DNA from: Trypethelium eluteriae
Lineage: Eukaryota
NCBI GenBank assembly: GCA_051942245.1
Contig: JAVECL010000010.1
Span: forward strand, 62,001-120,855
DNA length: 58,855 nt
Direction: 5' to 3'
In this document: positions 47,326 through 58,855 of the stretch, piece after piece
Layout: each line of letters starts with the position of its first letter
Numbering within the stretch: the stretch's first letter is position 1
Translations under genes and position numbers: made by a program
The notes under the pieces: model-generated
Database searches by the model: none
Told to the model about the DNA's origin: nothing
What the model saw: the letters and a program-made list of their open reading frames with translations, nothing else

Positions 47326-47504
47326 CCTCACGGGGCTGGGGGGTTCCTCAACTGGTAATCAATACAATGTTTGTTCAACCTTACTGTTGTGACCAGGTTG
47401 GCCCAGGTTAAGGCGGTGCTAACATCAACCAACAAGGTCACAACAGTAAAGTCGGAATGACATTGTATTAATTACCAGTTGAGGAATCCCCCAGCCCCGT
47501 GAGG
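47326..47504. mobile_element. MITE / fold-back element, 179 bp, TA-flanked
   Basis: 69-bp inverted arms with 8 mismatches (CCTCACGGGGCTGGGGG...), short spacer, TA at 47324-47325 and 47505-47506, no ORF. Confidence 0.85.
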
Positions 47505-47708
47505 TAGGTAGCTTATGTAAGTCAGCTTCGGAATCACGTAACCATTGGGTACTTTCTTCTTCAGGGTAGGTTAAAGTTTCAGGAGTGCCTAAGCTAGCTT
47601 CGCGAAGTGCTACGGATGTCTACGTAACAAGTTTATCAGCGTCAGGGATCCCTACTTCATGGGCAGACGACAGAAGTCGAGAATTCCACCAACGGTGGGT
47701 TCGCCTCT

Positions 47709-50277
47709 CTAGAACCACCTCCTCTGCTCCAACTTCTCTTTCCTCCTTTCGGGCTCCAACTCCTCCCTAGGCCCCTTGAACCTCAGAATCTCATCGTTAA
47801 TGCCGATCCTCACGTCAATATCGAAAATGTTACTTGTCACTGGTTCTGACCCTAGGCTAAAGCTGGCTCGTACTCTCACCCCACCCTTTCTTCCCTTAGC
47901 CGCAGAGCTCAGATGCTTGGCCACCATATCTCTCACCTGCCTCGCGAGCATGTCTGGCGCATACTTGCTCCGTAGCTGTGCCGCCCAGGCTCCATCTTCT
48001 TTCTCATCCCCAGACAATGGCACCAGCGCAGTCGAAGATGAATCTCGAGCATTGAGCCAATAGTCGATAATCTCGCGATCCCGCCAGTCATCCTCAAAGA
48101 AGGTCAGGATCCACATCGACAGTACAAGCTGGCGAAGCGCATGGAAATGGCGCAAAGGATAGAGGAAAGAGTCTGTGATCGCCGTCGGCGAGCCTAGGAT
48201 TGGCGACCCCTGGTATCCGCAGAACTTGAGCTCTGTCACCGTCGCCGCATGGAGCGATGCAATCATATGAAGCATTGGCGGTTGCGGACCCGGTCCAAAC
48301 GTGGGAACATAAGGCTCCTGCGGTGGCTGTAGCGGGCTTGACGCATAGCGCACAACGGTGTCGATGTCTTCCGCCTCGAGAAATTCGGACGCAGTGAGGA
48401 AGTGACCGTCCTCCAGGTGACCGATATCGTTACCATTCTCGCCCCAAGTGTTGCCGAGTGGAGAGGAGACGCCAATGGAGACGATACGCTGTAAGGGACA
48501 GTGACGCAGCGCACGCAGCGTTTCACGGCGTTCGTCCCGCGGGATGCAACCTTCGATTTTGACGTGGGCGACAGAGCGCATGCGGGAGGCGAAGTGGGTG
48601 ATGAAGAGGCGGCGACGCTTGCGTTCGGCAAAGGACATGATCCGTTCGTCAACCTGGGAGTGGGGTTCGCCCTGGTCATTGTAACGGGCATCGATACGCA
48701 GGTCGATAATGGAAGTTGAGAGACTGTCGATTATTTGGTCGATGCGATTCCGTGTGTCGAGTGTCTCTTCGTACTGGGTGAAGAATTGAGCCATGGGCCA
48801 GCCGAGACACTTCAGGTTCCGGTGTGCTTCCATGAAGGCCAGGAATGATAGACCCAAGGTTCCGAACAATGGTACTAAATCGTGGACCAGTACGCCTCGC
48901 GTGACTGCGTTACGAAGCTGAAACGCGCGTAGATTTGGGAATCTAAGCCTTGATATATTCTCTAGAAGAGGCATAAATAAATGACCCTGACGAGCATATT
49001 TCTTATATGGATGGGAGACTAGAAAGACCCAGTCGAGGTTCAAGCTTGTCAACGTGGCCATTGATCCAGCCAGAAGACTAGCCGCAAACTTTGCTGGGGC
49101 ATTTTTCGCAGCTCGAAGACGTACCATTTGTCTGTAATTCTGTGCATTGTCCATCCAAACAAGGTGTGCCCCCATCCCAGAAGGGTGTGCCTCGGGTAAC
49201 ACTTCCTGGTGGCTTGCGATATAATTGTAACCATCCTCGCTACTTACGAGCTCACTGATCCCTGGAAGACTGTCATAGATGCGCGTATCGAAAGCTTTAG
49301 AAACGTCGAAGATTGTGCCAGGCCTGATGTAGTAGCCTCCCTCATCTAATCCAGGATCCAGAAGATCCCGACGATCCGGAACTTCCAAGGGTTTGTTGAA
49401 CATTGAGATATCATATTCATCATGCAAGGTCGTATAGTACAAACCTCCTTTTCCATCATGCATGGCCTGCTCTATACCTCCACGCATGAGTACTTTTCTT
49501 GTGGTAGCGTGGATGGGCGTAGGGGCAAGTCGCATACGCCTAAAGCGGACGACTTCCAGTCCGTCGAAATCGCACTGATCTTGCTCATGTTGGAATATGC
49601 CCTCTATGGAGCAATTTTCGAGCCATAGCCTTCTGATAGAGATATTACGAGGTCTATACCGATCGAAGAATCCAGTTATTAGCTCAACCGTGAGAAGCCA
49701 ATGCCCGTATAGAATCCTCAGGGTCTGTACGTTGACTAAGTTCCGAATTGCATGTTTCAAAAGACAAGCAAGTCGGATATCGGAAGATATAGTTGGACTC
49801 TTGAAAGGCATCTTTGGGAGTTCTTGGAAGCTATCCGGTGAAGGAAGGTGGCAGCGGTGCGTGAGTTCGACGACATGCTTTGCAATATGTGGGTGCCTGA
49901 CAATCTATCAGTCGGATCAGAGGATTTGAATGTGTACTACTGACTTTGCGAAGATGAGCAACTTTCTTAGTATTGGAGTGTCATCATGTTCGTCTATGAG
50001 TGTCTCATTCTCGGGATCGTCGCCTTCTGTGTAAACTGTGGCGCGATCGTGAGGCGTTCTACAGTCGACAAGCTCCACAGATTTCCATATTCGTGGAGAT
50101 GAATGGATATATAATCGTTTGGACACAAGACTTGTCTGGCAAAGGTCTTGCCGAGAAAGGTATTGGAAAATGCTTGATAAAAGCTCTTCAGGCAGATGCA
50201 GTAGCTATTTCGCATCAGTCACTGCTGAGAAAAGCTTGGCGGAGGAAATATACAGTTCCCGAAGCTTGACTAGCCAT
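47709..50277 (-). CDS. F-box domain protein (3 exons predicted)
   Basis: Predicted MASQASGT/LLHLPEELLSSIFQYLSRQDLCQTSLVSKRLY F-box, then DEHDDTPILRKL and, after a second intron, HRCHLP leading into the long ORF ending RRWF. Confidence 0.85.
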
Positions 50278-51522
50278 CTGACACGCTTCCGTGGCGTAAA
50301 TCCGGACGCGCTAGATTGACAAGGCGTAAAGGCATCCAATCGACGAAAGTATCTTGTCAGCCTCACCAGACGTGATGCTAATAAGGAGTATAGTACACGA
50401 AGAGTCAGTATTTCAAAAGTTAGGAGAGACGCATGGTGTTTACAAGATTTCTCCTCGTTTCGGCGGCGAAAATTCACCGTCGTCAACCCACCTGGCTAGC
50501 TATACATCTCACCGTATCATCATCACTGAATGACGTGAGGTGTTTCGTTGGAACGGGATTGGAAGCGGTGAGAATTCTGCCGCCCAGCCAAATCAAGCTA
50601 GCACCCTGGCGCGTCTGGGTCAAAGTACCAGATGCTTTGCGTAGTGCCAGACTCACTAAGAAGAGCCTTATTGACTTCCATCCTATTTTCTTTCCAGTCC
50701 CGTACCCACATACCTCCGTATTCAGTGGCGAATCCTGCGAGGCAAACGACGAGCAGGAAGTCGACGAGAGTCGCGTTATCCAGCGCCCGCCAGGCTCATC
50801 GAGGGAGACGGGCACGCTTAAGGCGCACGACAGGTCGCCTCACACCAACTGATGGCAGACGTAAGAGGCAGGAGACTGGGTGGGAAGCTATTTGATACCA
50901 GATGGTGTCGGTCATGCCTCCAAAAACAGGACCAGGCCCTGCCCTCCACGGCCGCCATCCAGTCAATCTTGGCGTCGAATGCACGTTTGCCACCCGCTCC
51001 ACCCCTCCCAACTTTGTGCCCCAGCTACTCATGCACGAGCTTTTACCGCTCGCAAGTCCCTGCTGATGCGCTCGGACGCACTTGAAGGCATACTTACAGT
51101 TCCTGCATAAAATCCATTCTCATTCGAGCGCCAGCATCGGGCCGCCTGCTTAGAAGATGCAGCTGCGGTAGCTTCTTTTTCGTCTGCTCTACCCTCGGCC
51201 TTGCAAGCAGCAAATCATGTCTCCCTCGGCAACACCGTGGGCCTGGTTCGAGCCCTATCTACCATCTCTCAGCCTGCTTGGAGCTCACCTGCAAAGGCAA
51301 GGTTTGCGCGGGGCACGCAACGTTCCGTCAGCTTTTATTGCAAGCCGAAGCTGTACAATGATCGTCACGTCCTTGCCCCGGGTCACATTGGCGTGACGAG
51401 ACACTGTAGATATATAAGATGATATGATGTCCAGACCAGTCTGGAATCGCCATCGCGTCTGAAAGTAGGACAGCTAGGGTGATCTTACAGCTCTCGCTCT
51501 CTATTCAGCAAGCCCGGCGAGT

Positions 51523-52586
51523 ATGCGGTCGTTCTCTTCTCTTTCCGTCATCTCCCTCTTGGGTGCGGCAACCAACGTCATCAGCCAAGCTCCATCTGGT
51601 GTACCCTCTTTTGTCACCGAATATGCACCTATCAACTATCTTTATTCGGGAGAAGTCTACTTTCCGTCTGATCTCCAAAATCAGCTAAATAATACTACCC
51701 CGGAAGTCAACTTCACTGCTGTTCAGGGGGTTCCATCACCCTTGACGCTTGACAATCTGGATCAGCTCAACAACCTGCCCCCGGCGAACGGTACCAATGT
51801 TTACCTCACATCTAACGACAACATTGAGACAAACCCGGCTTGGCTCATCGGTGTTGCTCCTACCAATAACAAGACCGACGGTGTCACTTCTGCTACAATC
51901 GTCGTAAACGATCATGGCAATGGACTCGTAGATGCATTCTACTTTTACTTCTACGCTTTCAACTATGGCGGCGAGTACGTTGGACAGATTCTAGGTGATC
52001 ATGTTGGCGACTGGTAAGTGGCGAACCCATGTGGTTAGAGTAACTGGCGAGAGCTAAGACATGCAACAGGGAGCATAATATGGTGCGCTTCGAAAACGGG
52101 ACCCCCTCAGCCGTGTGGTACAGTCAGCACAGCAATGGCGAGGCCTTCACATATGAGGCTCTGAACAAGACCAACGGTCGACCGATAAACCTTGTCGCCA
52201 ACGGGACGCACGCTAACTACGCGATTGGCGGCACGCATGATCACACCATCCCAGATCTCAATCTACCCGAGGGATTCGTCGAGGATTACACCGACTTTGG
52301 CGCGATCTGGGATCCGCTACTGAGTGCCTATTACTACTCTTACAATGCAAACACTCAAGAGTTCTCCGCATACGACGACAGCACGCCGGTCAACTGGCTC
52401 AACTTCACCGGACAATGGGGTGATGACCAATATCCAAATAGCGATCCTCGCCAAAAGAGTCTCCTAGGCCTTGCGTACAAATATACTGGCGGTCCAACCG
52501 GCCCAGAGGACAAGCAGCTGAACCGGACGAACATCTGTCCCGATAATGGCGATGCTTGCATCGTTAGAACTATGCTTGGACCCTGA
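51523..52586 (+). CDS. Vps62-like secreted/lumenal protein, 2 exons
   Basis: Signal peptide; YAP..YLYSGEVYFPSD, FYFYFYAFNYG, GDHVGDW/EHNM across intron 52014-52069, YSQHS and GTHANY. Confidence 0.9.
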
Positions 52587-53585
52587 AGATTATCATAATA
52601 ATGGTATGTTTGGAATGTTTTGGATACAACGACAGCACACGAATGGATAGACAAGTGCATGGGAAGGTGAACCGTGGCTCCTTTTAGGCAGATGTCTTAC
52701 AGTCAACTGACTACAGTACGACTCTGTAGAGTAACATATGTAATAATTAAATTCATGTCTCCTCCAATCAAATCGTGCGCTAATGCACCCCACAAAGACG
52801 ACACACAGGAACTGCCGGTTATAGAAAAGTCAGTCTCTGCAAGTGTACCGCCGTTGTCAGCAGCTGCGTCAACAGTGAGCATGCTAATGTTGTATTTGGC
52901 CATTCAGGCGATTGAATTTTCCCAGGCCCTGGATTTAACAGATGAAAACGCCTAAATGCAGGGTCGGTTGGCGGCGATGATCTACCGCTACTCTAGAGTG
53001 CCGCTTCGGTTGCCATCCGTCTCAACTCCACTTTCTACTTTTCACACACCTCCTACTATTGGCTTTGATGGCATCAACTTTCCAATTCCACACCCTGTCA
53101 CTTCGCTGTCCGTTGCTCTTCGCATCTCTTAGCCTTCGATTCAATGCAGCATATTCTGCTGTATCACTTTTGCATGCTAAGAGGAGGGGTCCTGTCGTTG
53201 GATTTCCAGCGCTAGTTGCTCCTTGTAGAATAGCCTGTTTCATCCCCTTCAATTCCGGGATCCCGCGGCCGAAAATATATTAATTTGGTCCTCAATGATT
53301 GATGGAAACAATAGAATGCCAAGGACAAGAGGTCTAAGCAAGCGTTTCTCCTAAAGCTGCTCTCTAGTATTCATCCTTCATTTCGTCGGTAGCGGAATCA
53401 GCCGTCAGTCCAGATTGGCATCAGTACTGTAAGTACATAATGGAGCAGATTTCTTGCCAAGGTTTCTTTCTTCCTTCAGCAACCTCTTTTGGCTCCACTG
53501 GCTTGAGTGCCGACACTTTCGATTCTTATATATACTATACATTATCTTATTGAGACACTTGTCTTGCCTCTCTCATTCAGAAAAC

Positions 53586-54635
53586 ATGCATTTCTTCACT
53601 TTGGCCGTGGCTGCTGCCACAGCTGCTTCGGCGGCGACCATTCCTCAAAAGCGAGGCACAGCTACAGCTGAGGCTCCTGCTGCTTCCTCTTCCGGTGCCT
53701 TCGAGTTCTTCGGTATCAACGAATCTGGTGCGGAGTTCGGCAACACCAACATTCCTGGCGTCTATGGTACCGACTACACCTGGTACGATCTCTCCACCAT
53801 CGACACCTGGATCAGCGCCGGCATGAACATCTTCCGCATCAACTTACTCATGGAGCGTCTCACCCCCTCTGGCCTCACCGGCGCCCTCGACTCCGCTTAC
53901 AGCGGCAACCTCACCCAGACCGTCAACTACATCACCCAAAAGGGCGCCTACGCCATCATCACCCCCCACAATTACGGCCGCTTCAACAACGCCATCATCA
54001 CCGACACCTCGGGCTTCGGAACCTGGTGGAAGAACGTTGCCAAGCTATACGCCAGCAACAGCAAGGTCGTCTTCGACACCAACAACGAGTACCATGACAT
54101 GGACCAATCCCTCGTCGTGAACCTCAACCAAGCCGCCATCAACGGCATCCGCGCCGCCGGCGCCACCTCGCAGTACATCACGCCCGAGGGCAACGCGTAC
54201 ACGGGCGCCTGGTCCTGGACGCTCGACAACTCCGCCGGCAACAACGGGGCGACCATGGGCGCGCTGACCGACCCCTCCAACAAGCTCATCTACCAGATGC
54301 ACCAGTATCTCGACTCCGACTTCAGCGGCACCTCGGCCACCTGCAACAACGCGACTGCCCTGTCTGACACGCTCAAGAGCGCCACCGCCTGGCTCCGCGC
54401 AAACAACAAGGTTGGGTTCCTCGGCGAGTTTGCGGGCGGTATCAACAGTCTGTGCGAGGAGGCGATCACGGATGGCTTGAACTACATGAGATCGAATGCG
54501 GATGTGTGGAAAGGAGCAGCTTGGTGGGCAGCGGGACCCTGGTGGGGTACGTACTTGTACTCGGCGGAGCCAACGAGTGGTGTTGCGTACCAGTATGTGA
54601 CGCAGTTGGCTAAGACCTATGGTGTCAAGGTATAG
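53586..54635 (+). CDS. Secreted GH5 (subfamily 5-like) endo-beta-1,4-glucanase, no CBM, intronless
   Basis: Signal peptide MHFFTLAVAAATAASA; GINESGAEFG, GMNIFRI, PHNYGR, FDTNNEYH (acid/base), HQYLDSD, GEFAGG (nucleophile) and WWAAGPWW. Confidence 0.95.
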   Translation: MHFFTLAVAAATAASAATIPQKRGTATAEAPAASSSGAFEFFGINESGAEFGNTNIPGVYGTDYTWYDLSTIDTWISAGMNIFRINLLMERLTPSGLTGALDSAYSGNLTQTVNYITQKGAYAIITPHNYGRFNNAIITDTSGFGTWWKNVAKLYASNSKVVFDTNNEYHDMDQSLVVNLNQAAINGIRAAGATSQYITPEGNAYTGAWSWTLDNSAGNNGATMGALTDPSNKLIYQMHQYLDSDFSGTSATCNNATALSDTLKSATAWLRANNKVGFLGEFAGGINSLCEEAITDGLNYMRSNADVWKGAAWWAAGPWWGTYLYSAEPTSGVAYQYVTQLAKTYGVKV

Positions 54636-57600
54636 ATGAGAAGAAGAAAAGATGACGGCGGGAAGGGGTGGGAGAGACAGGGAGATGTGACCTTCTTGTA
54701 CATACTTCGCAATCATCACGCCCAGTCGAGGCGGCTTGCATTGAATTTGTTGCGGAACCATGTCTCGACTGCGTGAAATCCTCCTCGATCGAAGCTTCTA
54801 TCCCTTGTCAAGTTGGGATGTTGTACACCGCCAATGATCACGTGCTGAGCTTGTCCCATCTATATCTGCTGGTCCATGCACAACGGCCTTTTGCAACTTG
54901 GCAAGCCGGTGGAAGGATGGTGATCGTCGCTATCGTCGTAGAAAGCTCATTAGAGAGGGTGTAGTCGCCATTTCGAAGGTGAGAAACATGATGAGCGTGT
55001 CGTGTATGAACAAGCACTTTTCGTACGTTTCCAAAAATCTGCAGTTTTTGTAGCGGTATCTTCATAGTTTGACATTGTCTTCTCTGCAACGAACCATGCT
55101 GCTTGCGCTGTTCCTCGGCCATAGTATTCCCATCATCGTTTTTCTTGTGAGATAGCCACCTAAATACGGAGGTTAGAGTCCCAGCTTGAACAAGCCATCT
55201 CCCTTGGCATCAAAGTCATGATCTTGACCCCCTGGCTAAAATCCTCAGTCCTTTTCCAATCCAAGTGCTACGCTGCCAGAGGGTCAATTGAATAGAAAGA
55301 GGCTGTGAGGCGAGGCTTCCGTGGGAAAGCTCAAGGAAATGGTTTAGTATGCTGTCGGTGTGGAAGCTTTCATTTCTAGAGTTAGTTAGTCGAAGGTCTG
55401 GGGAGGAAGAAATTTAGAGATTTACGACACCTTGAATTGCTATCGGCCAGCGTTTGTTTAGATAGCTAATCGACGCGCCTATTGCACAATGCTTCTGCCA
55501 GGCATAGAGTACCTAATCCTGGCATTCACGAAATTGCCATTCATGATCAATGATTCTTTCTGTCATGGATGTGACCGTGTCGCCCGTGTCCCGTGGCCGC
55601 GGCTGCCTGCCACTAAGCTATTGATGTCGGTGAGCATATCTACAATCACAGTCAATTCGTATGGTAGCGAATCTGTCCGCCCTGGGTTACCTACTGTTGT
55701 GGCACGTCATGCCTACTCCCTGTGGCCTAAGTCACGCGGGAAATCCGGACTCGGGAATGTGGCTTGCGATGAGCCGGCTGGCTGAGAGCATCCGTGGGAG
55801 AACAACAGTGCACCATCAACAGTGACGGTGGCTTGCTCTTCGTGCTCCTCGGGCTTCTCCATGGTGTCCCATTACGAGGAGAATGTAAACTCAGAGTGCT
55901 CGAAAGAAAGCTATGAGATCCCGCCTGTAGATATGAAGAATAAACACCACTCATCAAGGAAGGGCCAAACTTGATCCCGATACGTGAGCTTCATTGATTT
56001 GATTATGGGAGCGATTCTATATCACGAAGCAAGTAGATAGCCTGAAACTCCATGAAACACTGCGTAATGGGTCGTGGCTTCTTTCGCGATCGCTACTGTT
56101 CTGCTCCACCTTGGGCCTTGCCACCATGCCATCACACAACTGCGTTTACCAAAGAGAACTTCATGAAGCTTTCTTCCCCATATCCATGCTCAAGGCACAG
56201 CAAATGATGAAAAAGGGAAGGTCGCGTCAGCCCGAGGCAGTGCAAGACGGGCGACACTGTGGGTGGAAAGATGAGCAAGCTCAGCGCCAACCACCCAATT
56301 TCCAAAAATAGGTATAATCAATAAATGTGTCCGTAGACACGTTTCAGAGATTAAACTGAAAAGAACAGATACTACACTTGATCTGCAAAGGTTGTTAGCA
56401 AAAGGTGCGCAGGTGGTAATGGTGCATGGATGGTCACGTACCTAAGCCAAAAGGCAAAGAGAGCTAAAGAAAAGAAGAGAAGGTTGGAGTAGGAGGGGGG
56501 ACCTGATAATATACTTGGGCATGGCGCTAGGCACTAGCGTAATTACATAAGCCGGCCGGCGGGGTGGCGGACTTGGTGGGACTGCTGCCTGCCCGTCAAA
56601 ATATCACAGTGGGGCTAAATGAGGACCTCACCACTCTCACTTTCCACTCTCACCTCTCTTACTACCAAATCACGTGAAGTATAGCCATGCACTGGAGAAC
56701 AGAGGGTCAGAACCTTCTGCCATCTTTAGAAAGGCAGTCGAAACTTTGATTCTACCCTATTCAGTTTATATCGACCAAAGTGAGAAGTGAGATCATATTC
56801 AAGACCTCGATTGGGGATCCAATACCGAATTACGACTGTCAACAATCTCTTTCTGCTTCGCTTCGTCTGGAGAAATTTCACTCAGGATCTTTAATACTCC
56901 CGATGTCATCAAGTCTTGGCCCTTTTTATTCATTCCTCGCTGCCAGACCACGTCATGTTATCTAGATACGTCGCCAAAGTAACGAAATGCTTCCATATAT
57001 ACTCATTAGCCGTGCTTTTTCTCACTGAGCTACGCCAAGTAACTGCCAGGTTTGGACACCGAAATTCATGATGAACACCTAGGCATGAAATAGAGGTCGT
57101 TGCTCCTAATTCGGCACACAATATCACGCGCCTCCTTTCGCAGCTAGTGGGCTAATTTCGAACGCCCACTACTGAAGCCCATTCTCGGGAAGCTAGGACA
57201 TGATCCTAAGGGTCCGGCCCATCCTACCGTACCAGGCGTACCTACTGAGCAGCTTATTTTCAGGGGATCAAATTGAGAGGCCCAGGGTTGAGTGCCAAAC
57301 CAACGATGCCAATTTTGCTTTCCCAAAAGTAGGCCGCACTCTCCCTTGCGTAAAGCTGATAAATCCTCTTTATCATCGAAGTTAGGCGGCTGACATTATT
57401 GACTACGACGTAAGGGGGGGACTAGAAATGGGAGTAAGTCGATGTGAATCAATGTAAGTCGATTCTGATTAGACTGAGCCGCGCCTGAGCGACACGAGCC
57501 GTTGTGAATGCTCTGGATGAGGGCCTTCTCGTATCATCAAAGGGTTGTGGTATTCACGCCCTACTCCAGTGACTCAATAGGCCTACAAGTTGGAGATTGT

Positions 57601-58778
57601 GACATGCGCATGACATGCGTCAGACACAACCATTAAATGTCATAACTCGAAGCAAAATCCTACTCTTCCAAGAAATGTTCTTTATAATCTTATGTTTTGA
57701 ACTCATTTTCCACTAGAGAGAGAAATCCAATCTTCAAACCAGGATAGTGAATCTTTGCTCATGATGTTGTCGAGATACCGATATCGCGCATTATTGGCAA
57801 TTTACTTCGAAAAAAATTTCCAAAACAAAACGAACCATATTACGACAGACTATCGACAAGCTTCTACACCTATGACAAACGCTGGAGGAAAGGCGCAAGG
57901 CCCTTGCAGCTCAAAGCAGTCAACTGCTCGTGCGTGACACCCCTCGCCGCTCCATGTGATATACACTTCTCCAAATATGAGGTGAAAGAGATGAAATGGA
58001 ATTGCTTTGGGCGAAGGCTAATGAGGGACCAGGAATCAGCCAAGATTTGCCGGGAACTGCGATGCGTGCAAGGCGAACTCGGGTCTGAGAAAATTGAGTG
58101 CTGATGAGAGTCAGCTCTGGATACAAATCCAGGACAGAAAAGCTCTGAGGACAGCACAGGACATCTGGGGCAGGAGAGCCGCGCAGCAGGCGAGCGAGAT
58201 CAATCAGGCTATCGGGGAAGTAAGGCGCGTTTCAGCAATGAGAAACAAAGGACAGAGGAGACGCAAACAAAACGATTCCGAGGTGAGAATAAAGCGGCAA
58301 GTTGTCGTGGATATGATCATACACAAGGTAGACAACAGCCAGAGGGCCTTGAAGGATCATGAAGAGAGTGTAAAGAAGTCATACCGATCGGTGGTACACA
58401 GTGGACCACAAACCGGCAACTCCCTTTACTTCTGTTTCGATCATAGGCAAGAGTATGTTAATCAAATTGGTACCGAAGTAATTCATTTCATAGGCTTATT
58501 GTGAAGATTCTGACATGTGTGAGATCTTTGACAGTTCCATTCGCTGCAAGAAATTCTCAATCATTGCCAACCTCCGCCAACAATCTATAGTCACGTGTCG
58601 GAGTTTCCTTGCGGTCACAAAATGTCACTACTTCTTGATAGTCAGCTTCCTATCGACCTTGAAACAGGAAATGCCTATCTCAAAAGTCATTCACGTTCCT
58701 CTTGATGTTATTCTTTGATGGTGTAATCCAACCACCTTCGCTAGCGGCTACACCGTTGGCTACCACCACATCTACAAA

Positions 58779-58852
58779 GGATCAATATATTGGACGAACC
58801 AATGGATCACTATATTGGACGAGCCAATGGATCCAAATATTGGCCGCACAAT
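58779..58852. repeat. 25-bp tandem repeat x3 with internal ATTGG..CCAAT dyad
   Basis: ggatcaatatattggacgaaccaat / ggatcactatattggacgagccaat / ggatccaaatattggccgcacaat. Confidence 0.85.
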
Positions 58853-58855
58853 GAA

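Noticed and set aside
53454..53585. Extended N-terminus of the GH5 ORF from the TTG at 53454
   Set aside because: ATG 53586 has a good AAAC-ATG context and starts a clean signal peptide; the upstream part contains TATA-like/UTR sequence.
57870..58504. Short ORFs on both strands, with a faint ferric-reductase-like impression on the minus strand
   Set aside because: No diagnostic motif (such as HPFT) and multiple stops; cannot be supported.
58779..58852. CRISPR-like array
   Set aside because: Units are contiguous without unique spacers, and the context is eukaryotic with no cas genes.

Overview
Filamentous-ascomycete (Pezizomycotina-type) nuclear DNA with short GT-AG introns and RIP-like mutation signatures; no rRNA, tRNA or CRISPR array was recognised. 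All family assignments come from motif recognition by eye, not database searches. In order: the first exon of an oligosaccharyltransferase ribophorin-II/Swp1-like gene; an orphan ORF; a complete 1422-bp Tc1/mariner-type (ITm) DNA transposon with perfect 40-bp TIRs flanked by a 5-bp GCAGG duplication instead of TA; an SDR/amidase divergent pair; a decaying secondary-metabolism-like remnant (stop-interrupted acyltransferase, a probable second eroded acyltransferase, an Etr1/MECR-like enoyl reductase); about 9 kb of broken ORFs; a housekeeping block (class II DAHP synthase, HYPK-like, NBS1 head-to-head with a NEDD1-like WD40 gene, mitochondrial EF-G1, NMT1); an accessory block (BTB protein, interrupted 2EXR gene, 179-bp TA-flanked MITE, F-box gene); Vps62-like and GH5 endoglucanase genes; and a 25-bp tandem repeat at the right edge. 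The strongest novelty candidates are the non-TA, 5-bp-TSD, DD41E ITm transposon and the putative fungal NEDD1/GCP-WD homolog.
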